From a bacterium (GTDB taxonomy: Bacteria; UBA10199; JACPAL01; GCA-016699445), in NCBI GenBank assembly GCA_035454885.1, contig DATIGE010000038.1, forward strand, positions 55,239 through 119,238: DNA of 64,000 nt. Reading direction: 5' to 3'. The notes beneath the pieces are model-generated. The model was not told where the DNA came from and did no database searches. It saw only the letters and a list, made by a program, of their open reading frames with translations. This document shows, in pieces, positions 58,073-64,000 of the stretch. The first letter of the stretch is position 1. Each line of letters starts with the position of its first letter. Made by a program: the position numbers and the translations under genes.

Positions 58073-60040
58073 ATGCCGTTGACCGACGAGCAGGCGAGAG
58101 AGATCGGCGAGGAGGAGTCCTCCCGCTGGAAAGAGACCCACACGGCGATCGTGGCGGAGCTTCGCCGCACGAGCGCGGATTACGAGGAGGACCGCAAGCT
58201 CGCGCGCGAACTGACCTCCCAAATCGTCGCGTCGACCCGGGACGAGGACAAGGCGGCGCTCGCTTCCGATGAAGCCGTGGCTCACGGACTGACGGCCCTC
58301 CGAAAGGACAAGTCGCAAGGCTTGGACAGCCTGGAGGAACAGCCGTATTTCGCGCGCGTCGTCACCGAGGAGCTCAATGAGGCCGGCGACTTGAAGGAAG
58401 TCGAATTCCGCCTCGGCACGGCCAGTTTTCCCGCCCAACGCATCATCGACTGGCGCAAGGCGCCCATCAGCAAGCTCTATTACGACTTCAAGGAAGGCGA
58501 CGAGTTCTCCGAGACGATCCAGGGCCGCGACCGCGAGGGGACGATCAAGCTCCGGCGGTCGTACCACGGCCGGCGCGACGTTCTGAACATCATCGAAACC
58601 CCGCGCGGTACCCTCGCCGTCCAGAACGGGAAATGGAGGGTGAAGGACGGGGGCGAGCCGCTCTCGCGGACCTCGGGCCACGACGGGCACCTGCCGCCGA
58701 TCCTGTCGCTCATCACCGCCGAGCAATTCGAGCTGATCACGAAGGATGCCAAGAATCCGATCGTCATCCAGGGCATCGCGGGCAGCGGCAAGACGACGGT
58801 CGCGCTGCACCGGCTGGCGTGGCTGTTGCATGAAGACAATTCGAACGCGAAGGCCGAGAAATGCCTCGTCGTGATGCAGAGCCCGGCCCTCAAGGCCTAC
58901 GTCGACACGACGCTCCCCGAGCTCAAGATCCACGGCGTCCCCATCCGCACTTTCCAACAGTGGGCCTCGAAGCTCGTGACCGAGCTGGCGGGCGCGCGCC
59001 CGACCGGGATTTTCCAAAAAACCCTCGAGATGGAGAGGTTCAAGTCGTCGATCGTCTGCCTCCAGCTCATGAACAAGTACGTTCAGTCCCACCCGGAACG
59101 GGATCTCTCGGATTGGGTGGCGGATCTCTTCCGGTTTTTCCAATTTCTCACCACGCAGGAAGTCTTCTGGCCTCAGTGGGAAGAGATCCGCAAACAGCTC
59201 AAGGAGCAGGTCGCGCGACGGCATTGCGAGGAGCAGGATGATGCGTTGATCCTTCATCTCATTTATCTGGAGCGCGGCTATTACCCGGTCCGGTCGGCGG
59301 GGAGCCTGGGCGTGTGCGATCACGTCGTCATCGACGAGGCGCAGGATTTCGGATTGATCGAGATCAAGGCGCTGCTCAACGCGGTCGACCAGAAGAGGAC
59401 GGTGACGATCGTGGGCGACCTGGCCCAGAAGATCGTCATGGGACGGAATTTCGACAGCTGGGAGACGGTCCTGAAAGACGCCGGCTTTGAGAACACCTCG
59501 CCGATCGAGCTCACCGTCTCTCACCGGACGACGCGCGAGATCCTGGACCTTGCGGGCAAGTTGCGGGGGGGGGACCAGCCGTTGCCGCCGGGCGCGCAAA
59601 AGTTAAGGAGCGGGCCGATTCCCTCCTTTTTCAAAACGGACACCGCGGCCGCCTTGCCGAATCTGGCCGCCAATTGGATCCGCGCCTGCCAAGGCGAGAA
59701 CGCCAACGCCCTGAGCGCGGTGATCTGCCGCCATCCGAAAGAGGCGCAGGCCCTGACCGAGGAACTCAGAAAATTGGGGCTCCCCTCCGTCCGTTGGGGG
59801 CACCGCGAACAGTTCGACTTCTCGCCCGGCGTGGTCATCACCAGCATCCATCAGGTGAAGGGCCTCGAGTTCCGCAACGTCCTGGTGCTGGAACCTTCCG
59901 AGGAAAACTACCCCCCGAACGAGGAAGGGCGGAATCTTCTTTACGTGGCGGCCACCCGGGCCGAGGTCCGGGTCGATTTTGCCGGCGCCAAGGCGCCCTC
60001 GCCGTTGCTGCCCCGCCTCCCCAAGGGCAAATGGGCATGA
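58073..60040 (+). CDS. UvrD/Rep-superfamily DNA helicase, HelD (helicase IV)-like
   Basis: Start MPLTDEQAREIGEEE. Walker A GIAGSGKTTVALHRLAWLL. VIDEAQDF. LTVSHRTT. VKGLEFRNVLV. Confidence 0.8.
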   Translation: MPLTDEQAREIGEEESSRWKETHTAIVAELRRTSADYEEDRKLARELTSQIVASTRDEDKAALASDEAVAHGLTALRKDKSQGLDSLEEQPYFARVVTEELNEAGDLKEVEFRLGTASFPAQRIIDWRKAPISKLYYDFKEGDEFSETIQGRDREGTIKLRRSYHGRRDVLNIIETPRGTLAVQNGKWRVKDGGEPLSRTSGHDGHLPPILSLITAEQFELITKDAKNPIVIQGIAGSGKTTVALHRLAWLLHEDNSNAKAEKCLVVMQSPALKAYVDTTLPELKIHGVPIRTFQQWASKLVTELAGARPTGIFQKTLEMERFKSSIVCLQLMNKYVQSHPERDLSDWVADLFRFFQFLTTQEVFWPQWEEIRKQLKEQVARRHCEEQDDALILHLIYLERGYYPVRSAGSLGVCDHVVIDEAQDFGLIEIKALLNAVDQKRTVTIVGDLAQKIVMGRNFDSWETVLKDAGFENTSPIELTVSHRTTREILDLAGKLRGGDQPLPPGAQKLRSGPIPSFFKTDTAAALPNLAANWIRACQGENANALSAVICRHPKEAQALTEELRKLGLPSVRWGHREQFDFSPGVVITSIHQVKGLEFRNVLVLEPSEENYPPNEEGRNLLYVAATRAEVRVDFAGAKAPSPLLPRLPKGKWA

Positions 60041-61272
60041 CGTTTCCTTGGTTCTTCTGGCTCTTCGCGGCCTGTTACACGGTCCATTTGGTCTGGGAGA
60101 CGGCGCTCACGCTCCTCAACAACGCCCACATCCGCAGGCACGCCGGCGAGATCCCCGAATACTTTCGGGGCAAGATCGAGCCGGATCGTTACCGGAAGGC
60201 CGTCGCCTACAACCTGGAGAAGGCGCGCTTCGGCCTCGCCGTGCGGGGTTATGACGTCGCCGTGACCTGGGCGATACTCCTGAGCGGCGTCCTGGAAAGG
60301 CTCGACGGCTGGGTCGGTCTCCGCGGGATTCCCCACTCGATCCTCTACTGCGGCGCCGTGGCCTTAAGCCTGACGGCCTTGCGCCTCCCGGTGTCGCTCT
60401 ATTCCCACTTCGTGTTGGAGGAGAAATACGGGTTCAACAAGATGACGGGGAAAACCTTCGTCCTGGACCTGCTGAAGGGAATCGCGCTCGGCGCGGCGCT
60501 GGGCGGGCCGATCCTGGCGCTCGTCTTCTGGCTCTACCAAAAGGCCGGCGGCCTCTGGTGGCTTTGGGCCTTCCTGGGCGTCTACGGCTTCGAGTTCGTC
60601 ATGGCGGCGGTCTATCCGACCCTCCTGGCCCCGATCTTCAACAAGTTCACCCCGCTGCCCGATGGCTCGCTGAAGGACGCGATCACGGCGCTGGCGAAAA
60701 AAATCCGCTTCAAGATGTCCGGCATTTTCACGATCGACGGCTCGCGCCGATCGGCGCATTCGAACGCCTACTTCGCCGGGATGGGCCGGATGCGGCGGAT
60801 CGTCCTTTTCGACACGCTCCAGAAGCAGCTGACCGAGCGGGAGATCATCGCCGTCCTGGGCCATGAGATGGGCCACAACAAGCTCCGGCACATCCAAAAG
60901 ATGCTGGTCATGGGTTTCGCGACCTCCCTCGCCGGTTTCTGGATCTTGTCGCTCTTGATCGGTTGGGAGCCTCTTTACGCCGCCTTCAACGCCGGCGCCC
61001 CGGCCCCGCACAAGGCGCTGGTGATCGTCTCGCTCTTCGGAAGCCACTTTACGTTCTTCCTCAAGATCCTGACCAACGCCCTCTCGCGGCGCTACGAGTA
61101 CGCCTCGGACCTCTTTTCGGTCAAGGTGGTGGGGGACCGCGAGGCGATGGCGTCGTCCCTGGTCGCGCTCTCGCGGGAGAATCTCTCGAACCTCACGCCG
61201 CATCCGCTCTTCAGCTTTTATCACTACACGCACCCGACGACGCTCGAGCGGGTCAGGGCGCTTCAGGCATGA
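60031..61272 (+). CDS. M48-family zinc metalloprotease (Ste24/CAAX-protease-1 homolog), multi-TM
   Basis: 413 aa. N-terminal TM helices. HEMGHNKLRH (HExxH) ... C-terminal ...THPTTLERV. 10-nt overlap with helicase. Confidence 0.85.
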   Translation: MGMTFPWFFWLFAACYTVHLVWETALTLLNNAHIRRHAGEIPEYFRGKIEPDRYRKAVAYNLEKARFGLAVRGYDVAVTWAILLSGVLERLDGWVGLRGIPHSILYCGAVALSLTALRLPVSLYSHFVLEEKYGFNKMTGKTFVLDLLKGIALGAALGGPILALVFWLYQKAGGLWWLWAFLGVYGFEFVMAAVYPTLLAPIFNKFTPLPDGSLKDAITALAKKIRFKMSGIFTIDGSRRSAHSNAYFAGMGRMRRIVLFDTLQKQLTEREIIAVLGHEMGHNKLRHIQKMLVMGFATSLAGFWILSLLIGWEPLYAAFNAGAPAPHKALVIVSLFGSHFTFFLKILTNALSRRYEYASDLFSVKVVGDREAMASSLVALSRENLSNLTPHPLFSFYHYTHPTTLERVRALQA

Positions 61273-61279
61273 TAGAGTC

Positions 61280-61564
61280 TTATTTGATGCGAATATCCAA
61301 ACGCCGCCCAAAAACAGTAGCAAACTTGATTAAAGAATCGACGCCGACATTTGCCTTCGGATCGCTGATCATTCGAACCACTTGCGATTTGCTGGTTCCC
61401 ATGAGGCGGGCGACGTGACGAATGGAGAGATGAGATTTCGTCATAATCTGTCGCAAGCGCTCAACGAGACGAAGGCGGCTCTTTTCTTTTTGAAAAAGAG
61501 TCTCAAACTTGGTTTTCCGGAGGTCTTTCTCCAAATCCTTATGAAAATCTCCACCTGTTCTCAT
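61280..61564 (-). CDS. HTH (XRE/HigA-like) antitoxin
   Basis: 94 aa. HTH LSIRHVARLMGTSKSQVVRM. Immediately downstream of toxin gene. Confidence 0.7.
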   Translation of the reverse strand: MRTGGDFHKDLEKDLRKTKFETLFQKEKSRLRLVERLRQIMTKSHLSIRHVARLMGTSKSQVVRMISDPKANVGVDSLIKFATVFGRRLDIRIK

Positions 61565-61574
61565 GTTGCACCCC

Positions 61575-61886
61575 TTACGATCTCATTCTTGAATAAGCCG
61601 TCTCCAACTCGCGGCTAGGCGTCTTGTCGGACTTTTTTCGAAACGCATGCAGCAGAACGATCATCCCCTCATGGTAACAATAGAAAATTCGATGTGCGCC
61701 CGGCCTCAGTTCAAACAGACCGGGGTAGCCGGCGATTTTCTTCGCATGGGGTTCCTTGAGCGTGACCGCCTCCGAGAGGTAGTCGATCAGCGCCTTGACC
61801 TTGGCCCGCTCACGATCTTGCAAAGCCTCCAAATAATCGCGAACAGGAAGATCCCCACGGGGCGTTTGATAATAAGTGACCTTCAT
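61575..61886 (-). CDS. Type II toxin-antitoxin RelE/ParE-superfamily toxin (HigB/Gp49-like)
   Basis: 103 aa. ...YLEAL...KIAGYPGLFELRPGAHRIFYCYHEGMIVLLHAFRKKSDKTP matches phage Gp49/HigB-type toxin core. Toxin upstream of antitoxin as in higBA. GTACCcgtaaataGGTAC palindrome just upstream. Confidence 0.7.
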   Translation of the reverse strand: MKVTYYQTPRGDLPVRDYLEALQDRERAKVKALIDYLSEAVTLKEPHAKKIAGYPGLFELRPGAHRIFYCYHEGMIVLLHAFRKKSDKTPSRELETAYSRMRS

Positions 61887-62011
61887 AAGAAGTGTACCCG
61901 TAAATAGGTACGAACGTCAACCCGAGACTGTTGAGTGCAAATGCCTTGCCATGCCGGCTGAGCGGCGGTGGCGGGGCGAGGGTATGAATTTCGGTCTCAA
62001 GGGTATGGAAA

Positions 62012-62458
62012 TTAGGTCGATTCGCGAAACCGTATGACGACTTCGATCCTCCGGCCGCTCGGGTGCTCCGTGCGGAAGAAGCGGAAGACGAGCTCGCGCG
62101 GGTTTTTTTCGAACCTCGGGTCGGGGTTCTGGAGGAGGGCGATCCCCTCGAACTGGGCCAGGTTGACGAGGCGGAGAAATTCCTTCGGATCGGGCGGGGC
62201 CTGAGTCCAGCCCTTGAGCCTCGCCAGCGCCGCGAAATCCTTCTCGCCATGGATCCCGTAGGTCGTCCCGTCCTCGTCCATGAGGACGCGCTTCATCCCC
62301 GTGCCCGGATGCGCCTTGGGGTTGCAGGCGGTGATGACGGTGAGTCCCAACGGCGCCGGCTCCTCGCGGACGGAGACCTCGACCGGATGCCGATACTCCG
62401 CAAGCACCAAGTCCTTGAGCGCCTCGCCGACCTTTTTGATTTTACGGGTGAGTTTCAC
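62012..62458 (-). CDS. Hypothetical protein (start uncertain: GTG 62458 or internal ATG)
   Basis: ORF 62012..62545 overlaps the upstream lipoprotein gene. Shortened to first plausible start after that stop. No SD seen. Confidence 0.3.
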   Translation of the reverse strand: MKLTRKIKKVGEALKDLVLAEYRHPVEVSVREEPAPLGLTVITACNPKAHPGTGMKRVLMDEDGTTYGIHGEKDFAALARLKGWTQAPPDPKEFLRLVNLAQFEGIALLQNPDPRFEKNPRELVFRFFRTEHPSGRRIEVVIRFREST

Positions 62459-62460
62459 CT

Positions 62461-63456
62461 TTAGGGAAGGATCGGCCCGCTCTGGACCACCTCGAAGGCC
62501 GAGCCGGGGACGTCCTTCAATTGGTTCAGGTCTTCGTCGTCCCACCGGGAATCCGTCGAGCCCGAGATGTACCAGTTGGAGCCGTTGTCGGCGACGATGA
62601 GGCCGTATTTCTTGAGCGCCTCCAAGATCACGCGCGCGGCGCCCGTGAAACCCGAGACGTCGTAGGAGGCCTTGAGCCGGAGGCGCAGCCCCATCGGCGG
62701 GGCGTCGGGGTCGGTCTCGTCGCTCGCGAAGTGCGTGGCCGGGTGGATGTAGCCTCGCTGTGTGACGGAAAAGGTGACGCGGAGGGCGTGGTGGATCGAA
62801 CCCTCCCCGACGGCCTCCTGGTAGCGCACGAGGCCGGCCAAGATCGGGAGCCCCGCGGCGTCCGCGGAGGTCCAGCCGTCGGGTCTGAGGTCGTTCGACG
62901 TCAAGTCGAAGACCGCCCCCGAGGCGCAGTCCCAGCCGGACCCATTCTTCTCCGCGACGTACATCTCGTAAAGAACGCAGCCGTCCTGATCGATCACCAG
63001 GACGTGTCCATCGCCGCCGCCCTCCACGTCCGCGTCGGGCGGGATCGGGTAGGGGCCCGGGTCGCTCTCGTCGCCAAAGTCCGTAAAGGTGATGGGGACG
63101 AGAGGCTGATCGCCGCCCACCACTTCATAGGGAATCCCGTAGTCGGGGTTTGAGCCGAAGTCCGGGTGCAGGAAGTCGCCGCCGTTCGCCAGGATAAAGG
63201 CGATGTAACCGTCGGAGTTGGGATCGAGGGGGTCGCCCGAGACGTCCCGGTTCCAGGGATTGTCCGGCGGAAAGACCGTGCACTCGGTCGTGATGTTTGC
63301 GGGGTCGGTGGGGGAGGCCGGTCCTCCCGTGGTCCCGCCCGTCGTGCCGCCGCCCGAGGCGGCCGTGCCGGAGCAGCCGGCCGCCCCGCCGCCGACGGAT
63401 GCGGCGGGTACCCAAAGGAGGGCCGCCGCGATGAGGCCGGCAACTTTTTTTCTCAT
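62461..63456 (-). CDS. Hypothetical lipoprotein with Gly/Thr-rich linker
   Basis: Start MRKKVAGLIAAALLWVPAASVGGGAAGCSG (lipobox). Linker GGGTTGGTTGGPASPTDP. Asp-rich globular domain. Confidence 0.6.
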   Translation of the reverse strand: MRKKVAGLIAAALLWVPAASVGGGAAGCSGTAASGGGTTGGTTGGPASPTDPANITTECTVFPPDNPWNRDVSGDPLDPNSDGYIAFILANGGDFLHPDFGSNPDYGIPYEVVGGDQPLVPITFTDFGDESDPGPYPIPPDADVEGGGDGHVLVIDQDGCVLYEMYVAEKNGSGWDCASGAVFDLTSNDLRPDGWTSADAAGLPILAGLVRYQEAVGEGSIHHALRVTFSVTQRGYIHPATHFASDETDPDAPPMGLRLRLKASYDVSGFTGAARVILEALKKYGLIVADNGSNWYISGSTDSRWDDEDLNQLKDVPGSAFEVVQSGPILP

Positions 63457-63534
63457 GGCCTTTTCATAGCGCGAGTTTTTTCTTACGACAAGGCCGCTTC
63501 GTGGCATAATTCATCGTCTTTTTTTGAGGTGTGA

Positions 63535-64000
63535 ATGAAGCCGCTCCATCGCCGTTACCTCGCCCTTTCGTTTGCGGTCGCCGCACTGGCTTCCTGCCGG
63601 ACGTCCGTTCCCGGCTCGGGCGGTGGTTTGGGTGGGACGGGGGGCGGCTCCGGGGGGGCGCCGTCATCTCCTTTGGCCTGCACCTTGCGCGGGGCGGGTC
63701 AAGGCCCCTCCGGCAACAAGGCCTCGGATTTTCCGACCATCAGCGGCTTGGATTTCGCCGCGTTTCCCCGGGACCCGGGGGACTGCACGGGGGCCCATGT
63801 CTTCCACGTCTCGACGGCCGGTTCCGACGCCAATCCCGGAACGCCGTCTTCGCCGTTCAAGACGATCGCGCGCGCGATCGCGGCGGCCTCGGCGGGGGAC
63901 GCGATCCTTGTGGGCGGAGGGAGCTATCCGGAGGGGGCGGACGGCGAATACCGTTCGCTGGTGATCGACAAGGCGATCCGCCTTTGCGCGGCGTCCGGCG
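63535..64000 (+). CDS. Lipoprotein with DUF1565/right-handed beta-helix-like N-terminal motif, partial (continues beyond window)
   Basis: GAGGTG RBS. MKPLHRRYLALSFAVAALASC lipobox. Gly-rich linker. HVSTAGSDANPGTPSSPFKTIARAIAAASAGDAILVGGGSY matches signature seen at start of pectate-lyase-like beta-helix proteins. Not in ORF track because no stop in window. Confidence 0.55.
   Translation, partial: MKPLHRRYLALSFAVAALASCRTSVPGSGGGLGGTGGGSGGAPSSPLACTLRGAGQGPSGNKASDFPTISGLDFAAFPRDPGDCTGAHVFHVSTAGSDANPGTPSSPFKTIARAIAAASAGDAILVGGGSYPEGADGEYRSLVIDKAIRLCAASG

Overview
High-GC (~63-65%) bacterial chromosomal segment. Several domains (Myxococcus-type Cys-rich repeats, a Protein-S-like beta/gamma-crystallin lipoprotein, MYXO-CTERM-like sorting tags) point to Myxococcota or a related deltaproteobacterial lineage, with moderate confidence. 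Most of the window is ordinary housekeeping. Genes: a tetR-TolC-RND efflux operon running off the left edge; rpmF-acpP-rpiB; corA; glyA-nrdR; mutY; cytochrome c peroxidase; cold-shock protein; two ABC-F ATPases including EttA; orn; an OmpR/HK pair; an ALDH plus bacterial ACBP pair; a THUMP methyltransferase; recQ; trmL; two paralogous cytoplasmic histidine kinases; a hemH/hemN/hemE cluster; OsmC-ChrA; a HelD-like helicase; an M48 protease; and a HigBA-like TA pair. The striking feature is a ~13.7 kb accessory locus at 5872..19598. It is a same-strand tandem array of six paralogous ~730-780 aa secreted proteins. Each has a signal peptide, a CSLREA-like N-terminal domain, about 15 GGGIYN/NSTISGN parallel beta-helix (PbH1 / polymorphic-OMP-type) repeats, an [16 protein letters not shown] cap region, Asp-rich thrombospondin-type-3 calcium-binding repeats, and a C-terminal GGCSL-hydrophobic-basic sorting tag. 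Four of the five gene junctions have no stop codon. The sorting-tag helix and basic cluster of one unit run in-frame straight into the signal peptide of the next, giving apparent ORFs of 1491 aa and 3089 aa. The last unit of each ORF ends in a conserved truncated tag, GGCSLIR-stop. This looks like a polymorphic surface-adhesin family whose members may be made as polyproteins or whose expression is coupled. Other notes: perfect DnaA-box-like palindromes sit upstream of the two kinase paralogs, there is an AT-rich islet, and no MFP gene lies between the OMF and RND genes. No rRNA, tRNA, CRISPR or obvious transposase was seen. Hand-derived coordinates other than ORF-track ones may be off by 1-2 nt.
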